NCBI GenBank assembly: GCA_964016885.1
Contig: OZ024750.1
Location: 41,106,001 to 41,170,000, forward strand
Reading direction: 5' to 3'
DNA from: Eledone cirrhosa
Lineage: Eukaryota
DNA length: 64,000 nt
Shown here: in pieces, positions 11,502 to 26,978 of the stretch
Position numbering within the stretch: position 1 is the stretch's first letter
Layout of the letters: every line of letters starts with the position of its first letter
Position numbers and translations under genes: made by a program
Notes under the pieces: model-generated
What the model saw: the letters and a program-made list of their open reading frames with translations, nothing else
Database searches by the model: none
What the model was told of the DNA's origin: nothing

Positions 11502-12587
11502 ATGAAGACGTCGCATCTCAGAGTTGGCACTCTCAGAGGTAGATCTGCTGAAATAGCGGAGATGCTGGAGAGAAGGCAGGTGGATGTGTGCTGCGTGCAA
11601 GAGGTGAGATGGAGAGGTGCCTCTGCGAGACTAGTCGTAGGCAAACGTCTTAGCTATAAGCTATTCTAGGTAGGTAAGGATGATGGGTTAGGGGGAGTAG
11701 GCATTTTCCTGGCTGAGAAATGGATCAATAAGACAATAGAGGTAGTTCGAGTTAGTAATCGAATAATTAAGCTTAGATTAGTTGTAGGTAGGAGACTACT
11801 GACAATCATCTCGGCCTATGCTTCCCAAGCAGGCCTAGGCAAAGATGAGAAAGACTGCTTTTATGAGCAACTTTTGCAAACAACCGCAATGACAGAGGAC
11901 GGAGACATCGTTATGCTAGCAGGAGACTTCAATGGTCATGTTGGACAGCTCCAGGATGGTTACACTGGGGTACATGGTGGGCACGGTTACGGTTCAAGAA
12001 ATGAAGAAGGAGTGAGACTTCTTGAATTTTGTGATGCAGGTACATTGACTATTTGCGACACAAACTTCCAGAAACCTGCCAATCACCTAATAACCTACAA
12101 ATCTGGTGAGCACATAAGCCAGATTGACTTCTTACTAGTTAGGCAGCGGGACAGGCAGCTAGTGTCTAATACCAAGACATATCCTGGGGAAGAATGTACC
12201 CCACAGCATAGGTTAGTTGTTAGTGATATCTCAGTAAGCAAGAGATGGAATGAGACATATAGGAAGGTGTGGAGAAGAAAGGTCTGGAAGCTAAAAGACC
12301 TTTCACTAAAATACAAATTTAGGAAAGCCCTTCAAGATGTATATGACGAAAAAGAAGACAATTTAGAGACGTATGACATAGATAATAACTGGAATTTCTT
12401 ACGTGACAGCTTGCTGCAGGCAACTGATGAAACTTGTGGCTGGAGCAGAGCTCCAACCAGACAGAGAGTGACCTGGTGGTGGAACAGCACAGTAGATAAG
12501 GCTATTAGAGACAAAAGACTAGCATGGAAGGCTTGGAAAAAGGGTGGGAGTAGGGAAGAATATACAGCCACTAAGAGAGAAGCAAAG
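11502..12587 (+). pseudogene. RTE-clade LINE ORF fragment: apurinic-like (APE/EEP) endonuclease domain, RT domain absent
   Basis: One frame runs from ATG 11502: LRVGTLRGRSAEIAEMLERRQVDVCCVQEVRWRG...GGVGI...ISAYASQ...AGDFNGHVG...SQIDFLL...QHRLVV...TWWWN. These are APE motifs (QE, GDFN, ID, xH). There is an in-frame TAG at 11667, and the frame is shared with track ORF 11874..12668. Confidence 0.88.
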
Positions 12588-12740
12588 TGGTTGTGTAGGT
12601 ACCATGGCAAAAACCACCCAGCACTCACTATAAATGAGGTTGGTGTTAGGAAGGGCATCCAGCTGTAGAAATCAAGCCAGAATCAGTTCCCGTCCCACCC
12701 TTGCAAGCAGAGAAAAGTTGACGTAAAATGATGATGATGA

Positions 12741-12744
<4 letters not shown>
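12588..12744 (+). mobile_element. SINE-A/RTE-type 3' tail with (ATG)n end
   Basis: Matches 10772-10925 (GCAAAAACCACCCAGCACTCACT...GACGTAAAATGATGATG). Confidence 0.85.
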
Positions 12745-12782
<38 letters not shown>

Positions 12783-12783
<1 letters not shown>

Positions 12784-13330
12784 CATCATCATCATCGTTT
12801 AACGTCCATCTTCCACGCTTGCATGGGTTTGGACGGGAGTTTTCCCACTTGAGGCAAGAGTGGTTGTCTTGCTTGCATAGGACTGTCTGGCGGGTTTTCT
12901 ACGGCTGGATGCACTTCCTAACACCAACCACGTTTACAGTGTGGACTGGGAGGTTTTTACCGTCTTACCTACACGGCCACATTACAGTGTGGACTGTGTG
13001 TTTTTTTGTCGTGACACCTACACGACCTCATTTGTTTCGGACTGGATGTTGTGGTACCAACATAACTTTACATTGAAAGGGGTGGTGTGGATGGGGTGGG
13101 GTAGTGGGACGGGGTGTATTTTGTTAGAGGTGCCTACTGACTGTAGTAGGTTTCATTTTGTACTTAGGTAAGGCGGGTCTTCTGTATTACTGTGTAGCGC
13201 CAAAGATCTCAGTTCAGTGACATTGTCTTTGAGAGGTGTAAGTGTGTGAGGTCGGAATTTATCAAGTCGTTCCAGGTTTTTCTGGGTCTGTCTACTCCGT
13301 GGCTACCGTCTATTTTTATTGCCCTGCACT
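12783..13330 (-). mobile_element. 5'-truncated RTE LINE (last codons, 3' UTR, (GAT)n tail)
   Basis: Colinear with and highly similar to 31692-32260 of the longer RTE copy. Confidence 0.9.
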
Positions 13331-13842
13331 CACAACCTCACAATTGGAAGCCTGACGTGCTTACTATATATGGGTATGTGTATATATTTGAGCGAGACAT
13401 GGTCACCCGACCAAACTTGCCTCAAGTTGATGATGATGATGATGATGGTATATGATATGTATGTGTGTGTATCTATGTATATATATATATATATGATATG
13501 TGTGTATACAAATATCAATATAGAAAAGCCCTCAGTAAGAAGTAAATAGTAATTATATTTGGGTGAAAACATCTTTTACTCAGCTGATCGAATCTTGTAG
13601 TGAGAACGGAGAACTAATCAGAATGATAATGACAGAAGTTAAAGTCTTTATTGACAAGTGTTGCTCATCTTGTGAATAGATGATGTCAAGGATATTAAAT
13701 AGAAGTCATTTGGGAATAAGGACATTGATAATGTGAATGGAATTAACTCATTTACTTGAGATAAAGTCTTGTAACGCTGTTGCTATTTATCCTTTTTTGG
13801 AAATATATATACAAAACCTTTCCATAAACTGAAATTCCTTAA

Positions 13843-14010
13843 CCCTTTACCATTTACATTTCTGACATAATATCGTATCAAGGAGATTTTGATAATATTT
13901 ATTTTGAGAACAATACCTTACCATCAGTATGAGTAGCTGGTTATAGCCAGTTTGAAAAGAAAGAGGTGAGAGAATTCTAGTCGGATATGACTGGTAAAAA
14001 TGCTAAAGAG
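13843..14010 (-). mobile_element. piggyBac-type MITE with TTAA target-site duplications
   Basis: Structure is TTAA|CCCTTTACCATTT ... AAATGCTAAAGAG|TTAA. The internal GAGGTGAGAGAATTCT is the reverse complement of the 31227-31447 copy. Confidence 0.8.
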
Positions 14011-14102
14011 TTAACCCTTTTAACACTCTGTAATGATTTAGCAGAAAATCCCTAAAATCCGCTTTGTTGATTCAAGTGTTTGTAGAATTTCTACTCGTGG
14101 AA

Positions 14103-14240
14103 TAAGGCAGCAAATTGGTAAAATTGTTAAAACGCTGGATAGAATGATTTGTAGCCTTCATCTTGGCTCTCTGAGTTCAAATCCTGACACGGTCAACTTT
14201 GCTTTTCTCCCATTTGAGGTTGATAACAAAAGTACCAGTC
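14103..14240 (+). mobile_element. Old degenerate SINE-B-related element
   Basis: TAAGGCAGCAAATTGG...CTGAGTTCAAATCC...GTCAACTTTGCTTTTC...GTTGATAACAAAAGTACCAGT follows the order of motifs in SINE-B. Confidence 0.65.
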
Positions 14241-14283
14241 TAAAACAGGGTCGATTCTTCCTCTATATCTCTTATATATATCT

Positions 14284-17200
14284 CATACCATACCATACCA
14301 CACAACACCACACCATACCATACCACAACACACCACACCATACCATACCACTTCACACCACACCACACCATACCACACCACACCACACCATACCATACCA
14401 CACCGCACCATACCACACCACACCACACCATACCACACCATACCATACCACACAACACCACACCATACCACACCATACCACACCATACCACACCACACCA
14501 CACCATACCACACCACACCATACCACACCACACCACACCATACCACACCACACCACACCATACCACACCACACCATACCATACCACACAGCACCACACCA
14601 TACCACACCACACCATACCATACCACACCACACCACACCATACCATACCACACCATACCATACCACACAGCACCACACCATACCACACCACACCATACCA
14701 TACCACACCACACCACACCATACCACACCACACCACACCATACCACACCACACCATACCATACCACACAGCACCACACCATACCACACCACACCACACCA
14801 TACCACACCACACCACACCATACCACACCACACCATACCATACCACACAGCACCACACCATACCACACCACACCATACCATACCACACCACACCACACTA
14901 TACCACACCACACCATACCATACCACACAGCACCACACCATACCACACCACACCATACCATACCACACCACACCACACCATACCATACCACACCACACCA
15001 TACCATACCATACCACACCACACCACACAACACCACACCATACCATACCACACCACACCACACCATACCATACCACACCACACCACACCATACCACACCA
15101 CACCACACCACACCACACCATACCATACCACACCACACCACACCATACCATACCACACCACACCATACCATACCATACCACACCACACCACACCACACCA
15201 CACCATACCATACCACACCACACCACACCACACCATACCACACCACACCACACCACACCATACCATACCATACCACACAACACCACACCATACCATACCA
15301 CACCACACCACACCATACCATACCACACCACACCACACCATACCACACCACACCACACCACACCACACCACACCATACCATACCACACCACACCATACCA
15401 TACCACACCACACCACACCATACCATACCACACCACACCACACCATACCATACCACACCACACCACACCATACCATACCACACCACACCACACCATACCA
15501 TACCACACCACACCATACCATACCATACCACACCACACCACACCATACCATACCATACCATACCACACCACACCATACCATAACACACCACACCACACCA
15601 TACCATACCACACCACACCATACCACACCACACCACACCATACCATACCACACAACACCACATCACACCACACCATACCACACCACACCATACCATATCA
15701 TACCACACCACACCACACCATACCATACCACACCATACCATACCACACCACGCCATACCATACCATACCACACCACACCACACCATACCATACCACACCA
15801 CACCACACCATACCATACCACACCACACCACACCACACCATACCATACCACACCACACCATACCATACCACTTCACACCACACCACACCACACCATACCA
15901 TACCATACCACACCACACCACACCATACCACACCACACCATACCATACCACACCACACCACACCATACCACACCAGACTACACCATACCATACCATACCA
16001 CACCACACCATACCATACCATACCACACCACACCACACCATACCATACCATACCACACCACACCATACCATACCACACCACACCATACCACACCACACCA
16101 TACCATACCATACCACACCACACCATACCATACCATACCACACCACACCATACCATACCACACCACACCATACCATACCACTTCACACCACACCACACCA
16201 CACCATACCACACCACACCACACCATACCATACCATACCACACCACACCATACCATACCACACCACACCATACCATACCACACCACACCACACCATACCA
16301 TACCACACCACACCACACCATACCACACCACACCACACCATACCATACCACACCACACCACACCATACCATACCACTTCACACCACACCACACCACACCA
16401 TACCACAACAAACCACACCATACCATACCATACCACACCATACCATACCACACCACACCATACCATACCACACCACACCATACCACACCACACTACACCA
16501 TACCATACCATACCACACCATACCATACCACACCACACCATACCACACCACACCATACCATACCATACCACACCACACCATACCATACCACACCACACCA
16601 TACCACACCACACCACACCATACCATACCACACCACACCACACCACACCACACCATACCATACCACTCCACACCATACCACACCACACCACACCACACCA
16701 CACCACACCACACCATACCATACCATACCATACCATACCATACCACACCACACCATACCATACCATACCACACCAGACCATACCATACCATACCACACCA
16801 CACCATACCACACCACACCACACCATACCACACCACACCACACCATACCATACCACACCACACCACACCAAACCACACCACACCATACCATACCACTCCA
16901 CACCATACCATACCACACCACACCATACCACACCACACTACACCATACCATACCATACCACACCACACCATACCATACCATACCACACCACACCACACCA
17001 TACCATACCATACCACACCACACCATACCACACCACACCACACCATACCACACCACACCACACCATACCATACCACACCACACCACACCATACCATACCA
17101 TACCACACCACACCACACCACACCATACCATACCACTTCACACCACACAACACCACACCATACCACACCACACCATACCACACCATACCACACCACACCA

Positions 17201-20200
17201 TACCATACCACACCACACCACACCATACCATACCACACCACACCACACCATACCATACCACTCCACACCATACCATACCACAGCACACCATACCACACCA
17301 CACCACACCATACCATACCACACCATACCACACCATACCACACCATACCATACCATACCACACCACACCACACCATACCATACCACACCATACCATACCA
17401 CATCATACCACACCACACCATACCATACCACACCACACCACACCATACCATACCACTTCACACCACACCATACTATACCATACCATACCACTCCACACCA
17501 CACCATACCATACCACACCATACCACACCATACCACACCACACCATACCACACCACACCATACCATACCACACCATACCACACCACACCACACCATACCA
17601 TACCATACCACACCACACCACACCATACCACACCACACCATACCATACCACACCACACCATACCACACCACACCGCACCATACCACACCACACCATACCA
17701 CACAACACCACACCATACCATACCACACCACACCATACCATACCACACCACACCACACCACACCATACCACACCACACCATACCACACCACACCACACCA
17801 TACCACACAACACCACACCATACCATACCACACCACACCATACCACACCATACCACACCACACCATACCACTTCACACCACAACATACCATACCATACCA
17901 TACCACTCCACACCACACCATACCATACCATACCACACCACACCACACCATACCATACCACACCATACCACACCACACCATACCACACCACACCACGCCA
18001 TACCATACCACACCACACCATACCATACCATACCACACCATACCATACCATACCACACCACACCATACCATACCACACCACACCATACCACACCACACCA
18101 CACCATACCATACCAAACCACACCACACCACACCACACCATACCATACCACACCACACCATACCATACCATACCATACCACACCATACAATACCACACAA
18201 CACCATACCACACCACACCACACCACACCACACCACACCACACCATACCACACCACACCATACCACACCACACCACACCACACCACACCACACCACACCA
18301 TACCATACCACACCACACCACACCATACCACACCACACTATACCACACCACACCATACCACACAACACCACACCATACCATACCACACCACACCATACCA
18401 CACCATACCACACCACACCATACCACTTCACACCACACCATACCATACCATACCATACCACTCCACACCACACCATACCATACCATACCACACCACACCA
18501 CACCATACCATACCACACCATACCACACCACACCATACCACACCACACCACACCATACCATACCACACCACACCATACCACACCATACCACACCATACCA
18601 TACCATACCACACCACACCGCACCATACCATACCACACCATACCATACCACACCATACCACACCACACCATACCATACCACACCATACCACACCACACGA
18701 TACCACACAACACCATACCATACCATACCATACCACACCACACCACACAATACCACACAACACCATACCATACCACACCATACACACCAGACAATACACA
18801 CCACACCACACAATACCATACAACACCATACCACACCACACCACACAATACCACACAACACCATACCATACCATACCATACCATACCATACCACACCACA
18901 CCACACAATACCACACAATACCATACCATACCATACCATACCATACCATACCACACCACACAATACCACACCACACCATACCACACCACACCATACCACA
19001 CCACACCACACCATACCACACCACACCACACCACACCACACCACACTACACCATACCACACAACTCCACACCATACCATACCATACCACACCATACAATA
19101 CCATACCATACCACACCACACCACACAATACCACACAAAACCATACCATACCATACCATACCACACCACACAATACCACACCACACCATACCACACCACA
19201 CCATACCACACCACACCACACCATACCACACCACACCACACCATACCACACCACACTACACCATACCACACAACACCACACCATACCATACCACACCAGA
19301 CAACACCATACCATACCACACCACACCATACCACACCACACCATACCACACCATACCACACAACACCACACCATACCATACCACACCACACAACACCATA
19401 CCATACCACACCACACCATACCATACCACTTCACACCACACCACACCATACCATGCCATACCACACAACACCATACCCTACCACACCATACTATACCATA
19501 CCACACCACACCACACCATACCATACCACACCGCACCATACCACACCACACCACACCATACCACACCATACCATACCACACAACACCACACCATACCACA
19601 CCATACCACACCATACCACACCACACCACACCATACCACACCACACCATACCACACCACACCACACCATACCACACCACACCACACCATACCATACCACA
19701 CCATACCATACAACACAGCACCACACCATACCACACCATACCACACCACACCACACCACACCATACCACACCACACCACACCACAACATACCATACCATA
19801 CCACACAACACCACACCATACCATACCACACCACACCACACCATACCATACCACACCACACCATACCACACCACACCACACCACACCACACCACACCATA
19901 CCATACCACACTACACCATACCATACCACACCACACCACACCATACTATACCACACCACACCACACCATACCATACCACACCACACCACACCATACCATA
20001 CCACACCACACCACACCATACCATACCACACCACACCATACCATACCATACCACACCACACCACACCATACCATACCATACCATACCACACCACACCATA
20101 CCATAACACACCACACCACACCATACCATACCACACCACACCATACCACACCACACCACACCATACCATACCACACCACACCACATCACACCACACCATA

Positions 20201-23200
20201 CCACACCACACCATACCATATCATACCACACCACACCACACCATACCATACCACACCATACCATACCACACCACGCCATACCATACCATACCACACCACA
20301 CCACACCATACCATACCACACCACACCACACCATACCATACCACACCACACCACACCACACCATACCATACCACACCACACCACACCATACCATACCACT
20401 TCACACCACACCACACCACACCACACCATACCATACCATACCACACCACACCATACCACACCACACCATACCATACCACACCACACCACACCATACCACA
20501 CCAGACTACACCATACCATACCATACCACACCACACCATACCATACCATACCACACCACACCACACCATACCATACCATACCACACCACACCATACCATA
20601 CCACACCACACCATACCACACCACACCATACCATACCATACCACACCACACCATACCATACCATACCACACCACACCATACCACACCACACCACACCATA
20701 CCATACCACTTCACACCACACCACACCACACCATACCACACCACACCACACCATACCATACCATACCACACCACACCATACCATACCACACCATACCATA
20801 CCATACCATACCATACCACACCACACCATACCATACCACACCACACCATACCACACCACACCATACCATACCATACCACACCACACCATACCATACCATG
20901 CCACACCACACCATACCACACCACACCACACCATACCATACCACACCACACCACACCACACCACACCATACCATACCACTCCACACCATACCACACCACA
21001 CCACACCACACCACACCACACCACACCATACCATACCATACCATACCATACCATACCACACCACACCATACCATACCATACCACACCAGACCATACCATA
21101 CCATACCACACCACACCATACCACACCACACCACACCATACCACACCACACCACACCATACCATACCACACCACACCACACCAAACCACACCACACCATA
21201 CCATACCACTCCACACCATACCATACCACACCACACCATACCACACCACACTACACCATACCATACCACACCACACCATACCATACCATACCACACCACA
21301 CCACACCATACCATACCATACCACACCACACCATACCACACCACACCACACCATACCACACCACACCACACCATACCATACCACACCACACCACACCACA
21401 CCATACCATACCATACCACACCACACCACACCACACCATACCATACCACTTCACACCACACAACACCACACCATACCACACCACACCATACCACACCATA
21501 CCACACCACACCATACCATACCACACCACACCACACCATACCATACCACACCACACCACACCACACCATACCATACCACTCCACACCATACCATACCACA
21601 GCACACCATACCACACCACACCATACCATACCACAACATACCACACCATACCACACCATACCATACCATACCACACCACACCACACCATACCATACCACA
21701 CCATACCATACCACATCATACCACACCACACCATACCATACCACACCACACCATACCATACCACTTCACACCACACCATACTATACCATACCATACCACT
21801 CCACACCACACCATACCATACCATACCACACCATACCACACCATACCACACCACACCATACCACACCACACCATACCATACCACACCATACCACACCACA
21901 CCACACCATACCATACCATACCACACCACACCACACCATACCACACCACACCATACCATACCACACCACACCATACCACACCACACCGCACCATACCACA
22001 CCACACCATACCACACAACACCACACCATACCATACCACACCATACCATACCACACCACACCACACCACACCATACCACACCACACCATACCACACCACA
22101 CCACACCATACCACACAACACCACACCATACCATACCACACCACACCACACCATACCACACCATACCACACCACACCATACCACTTCACACCACACCATA
22201 CCATACCATACCACTCCACACCACACCATACCATACCATACCACACCACACCACACCATACCATACCACACCATACCACACCACACCATACCACACCACA
22301 CCACGCCATACCATACCACACCACACCATACCATACCATACCACACTATACCATACCATACCACACCACACCATACCATACCACACCACACCATACCACA
22401 CCACACCACACCATACCATACCAAACCACACCACACCACACCACACCATACCATACCACACCACACCATACCACACCATACCATACCACACCACACCACA
22501 CCACACCATACCACACCACACTATACCACACCACACCATACCACACAACACCACACCATACCATACCACACCACACCATACCACACCATACCACACCACA
22601 CCATACCACTTCACACCACACCATACCATACCATACCATACCACACCATACAATACCACACAACACCATACCACACCACACCACACCACACCACACCACA
22701 CCATACCACACCACACCATACCACACCACACCACACCACACCACACCACACCACACCATACCATACCACACCACACCACACCACACCATACCACACCACA
22801 CTATACCACACCACACCATACCACACAACACCACACCATACCATACCACACCACACCATACCACACCATACCATACCACACCACACCATACCACTTCACA
22901 CCACACCATACCATACCATACCATACCACTCCACACCACACCATACCATACCATACCACACCACACCACACCATACCATACCACACCATACCACACCACA
23001 CCATACCACACCACACCACACCATACCATACCACACCACACCATACCACACCATACCACACCATACCATACCATACCACACCACACCATACCATACCACA
23101 CCATACCATACCACACCATACCACACCACACCATACCATACCACACCATACCACACCACACAATACCACACAACACCATACCATACCATACCATACCACA

Positions 23201-25390
23201 CCACACCACACAATACCACACAACACCATACCATACCACACCATACACACCAGACAATACACACCACACCACACAATACCATACAACACCATACCACACC
23301 ACACCACACAATACCACACAACACCATACCATACCATACCATACCATACCACACCACACCACACAATACCACACAATACCATACCATACCATACCATACC
23401 ATACCATACCACACCACACAATACCACACCACACCATACCACACCACACCATACCACACCACACCACACCATACCACACCACACCACACCACACCACACC
23501 ACACTACACCATACCACACAACTCCACACCATACCATACCATACCACACCATACAATACCATACCATACCACACCACACCACACAATACCACACAAAACC
23601 ATACCATACCATACCACACCACACAATACCACACCACACCATACCACACCACACCATACCACACCACACCACACCATACCACACCACACCACACCATACC
23701 ACACCACACTACACCATACCACACAACACCACACCATACCATACCACACCAGACAACACCATACCATACCACACCACACCATACCACACCACACCATACC
23801 ACACCATACCACACAACACCACACCATACCATACCACACCACACAACACCATACCATACCACACCACACCATACCATACCACTTCACACCACACCACACC
23901 ATACCATACCATACCACACAACACCATACCCTACCACACCATACTATACCATACCACACCACACCACACCATACCATACCACACCACACCACACCATACC
24001 ACACCATACCACACTACACCATACCATACCACACCACACCATACCATACCACACCACACCACACCATACCATACCACACCACACCACACCATACCACACC
24101 ACACCATACCACACCACACCACACCATACCACACCACACCACACCATACCACACCACACCACACCATACCACACAACACCACACCATACCATACCACACC
24201 ACACCACACCATACCATACCACACCACACCATACCACACCACACCACACCATACCACACCACACCACACCATACCACACCACACCACACCATACCACACA
24301 ACACCACACCATACCATACCATACCACACCACACCACACCATACCACACCATACCACACCACACCATACCACACCACACCATATCATACCATACCACACC
24401 ACACCATACCACACCACACCACACCATACCATACCAAACCACACCACACCACACCACACCATACCATACCACACCACACCATACCATACCATACCATACC
24501 ATACCACACCATACAATACCACACAACACCATACCACACCACACCACACCACACCACACCACACCACACCACACCACACCACACAACACCACACCATACC
24601 ACACCATACCACACCACACCACACCATACCACACAACACCACACCACACCATACCACACCACACCACACCACACCATACCACACCATACCACACCATACC
24701 ATACCACACCACACCATACCACACAACACCACACCATACCACACCACACCACACCACACCACACCACACCACACCACACCACACCATACCATACCACACC
24801 ACACCATACCACACCACACCACACCATACCACACAACACCACACCACACCATACCACACCACACCACACCACACCATACCACACCATACCATACCACACC
24901 ACACCATACCACACAACACCACACCATACCACACCACACCACACCACACCACACCACACCACACCACACCACACCACACCATACCATACCACACCACACC
25001 ATACCACACCACACCACACCATACCACACAACACCACACCACACCATACCACACCACACCACACCACACCATACCACACCATACCATACCACACCACACC
25101 ATACCACACAACACCACACCATACCACACCACACCACACCACACCACACCACACCACACCACACCACACCATACCATACCACACCACACCATACCACACA
25201 ACACCACACCATACCATACCAAACCACACCACACCACACCACACCACACCATACCATACCACACCACACCATACCATACCATACCATACCATACCATACC
25301 ACACCACACCATACCATACCATACCACACCACACCACACCACACCATACCATACCATACCACACCACACCACACCATACCATACCATACC
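14284..25390. repeat. (CCAYA)n pentanucleotide satellite, about 11.1 kb
   Basis: Interspersed CACCA and TACCA pentamers with rare variants (CTTCA, CTCCA, CACAA, CACTA) and few phase shifts. Confidence 0.98.
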
Positions 25391-25786
25391 TTCTAGTGGA
25401 CAGATCATTAAGAAAATGTTCAGTGTTACTGTAACGACTTTCACTGTCAATGTGTCGCAGTCACAGACCTGTTTTGTACTTTTCAAGAATGTGTTGCTCA
25501 TGTGGTTTCATGTGGTACAGGATGTTAAGAGTTAAACATTTAAGGCCACATTTCTATCATATTTATTCAACCTTGTATAAAATTAAAACAAGTCTTTGTC
25601 GTTTGTTTTATATATCATTTCCCCACATCTATTTAATATTCCTATTTTTACTTTATTTTAGAGAAATAATTTTTAGAAACAATAGAATTTATAATATAAC
25701 ATATTGTTATATTATAATCCATAGAATTTATAATATAACATATTGTTATTGAAATAGAAATAGAAGCTTCAATTGTAACAGACACA

Positions 25787-26490
25787 GTAGCCTAGTTGAG
25801 CCCAGTATCCTAGTCAGACTCAGTATTTCTAGTTGAGCTCAGTATCATAGTTAAGCCTAGTATTTCAGTCAAACTCAGTACCCTACTTGAGCTCAGTATT
25901 GTAGTCAAATTCACTGCCTTAATTGAGCTCAGTATTTTTAGTTGAGCTTAGTATCCTAGTAAAGTTCAGTATTCCCAGTTGAACCAATATTCTTAGTTGA
26001 AGTCAGTATTCCTAATTGAGCTCAGTTTTCCTAGTTAAACTCAGTATCCTAGTAAATCTCAGTGTTCCCTGTTGAGCCAATATTCTTAGTTGAGCTCAGT
26101 ATACCTGGTTTAGCTTAGTATTCCTAGATGCCTTCAGTAACCAAGTTAAACCCAATATCCTAGTTGAGCTCAGTATTCCAAGTTGAACTCAATACCCAAC
26201 CAAGAGTAAGTCAATAGAGCAGTAAATCGTCGTTGAGCTGAGTATTCCAAGTTGAGCTCAGTATCCTAGTTGAGCTCAATATCCTAGTTGAGCTCAACAT
26301 CCTAGTTAAGCCCAATAGCCTAGTTGAGCTCAATATCCTAGTTGAGCTCAGTATTCCAAGTGTAGCTCAATATCCTAGTTGAACACAATATCCTGGTTGA
26401 GCTCAATATCCTAGTTGAGCTCAATATCCTAGTTGAGCTCAGAATTCCAAGTTTAGCTCAATATCCTAGTTGAGCTCAACATCCAACTAA
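25787..26490. repeat. Degenerate 18/19-bp minisatellite with palindromic core
   Basis: Unit CTAGTTGAGCTCA(A/G)TATC. The most homogeneous units are at 26260-26480. Confidence 0.85.
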
Positions 26491-26859
26491 GAGTCAGTCT
26501 GTAGAGCAGTAAATCCCAAAAGACAAATTCCAACCTTTGCTTTCCATTCTATGTAAACACAAAGGAATGTTGAAATGAATTATAAATGATAGCTATGATT
26601 TAACTATCATTAATTAATTAACAATCTTAATAATTAATTAGAAATCTTAATTGTCTCTTCACCAAGGTATGTTTGATTTCATTCATGTACAGGAAATCAT
26701 TTGTTTTATTTTTTACATTTTCAAACAAGTATTTATTCTGTTTGAGTATGTTGTTTACAAGTCTATATAAATGCATAGAAATTAATAACGTTTAGCTCTG
26801 CTAATTAATATTCTTTCATGTATCTCTATTAAATTGATACACTATTGTCCTTGATATAT

Positions 26860-26898
26860 ACACATATATATACACATGTCTATGTGTATATATGTATG

Positions 26899-26932
<34 letters not shown>

Positions 26933-26978
26933 TGTATGTATGTACCTATGTATGTATGTACATATGTATGTATGTATG
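26860..26978. repeat. (TGTA)n/(TA)n microsatellite
   Basis: Directly visible in the sequence. Confidence 0.9.

Noticed and set aside
13583-13679. Possible + strand terminal exon (LIESCSENGELIRMIMTEVKVFIDKCCSSCE*) after TTTTACTCAG
   Set aside because: It is short, has no recognisable homology and has no supporting partner exons, so it cannot be distinguished from chance.
25391-25501. Possible minus-strand exon ending at AG|GTATGG next to the pentamer array
   Set aside because: The donor-like GT is supplied by the repeat itself, the acceptor lacks a pyrimidine tract, and the peptide is unrecognisable.
14144-25535. Dozens of long ORFs (HTTPYHTIP... and VWCGMVWYG...) resembling His-rich or Cys/Trp-rich structural proteins
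   Set aside because: (CCAYA)n has no stop codon in any frame on either strand, so all frames are open simultaneously. These are repeat artefacts.
25682-25750. 30-bp direct repeat ATAGAATTTATAATATAACATATTGTTATT
   Set aside because: This is a simple AT-rich local duplication with no further structure.
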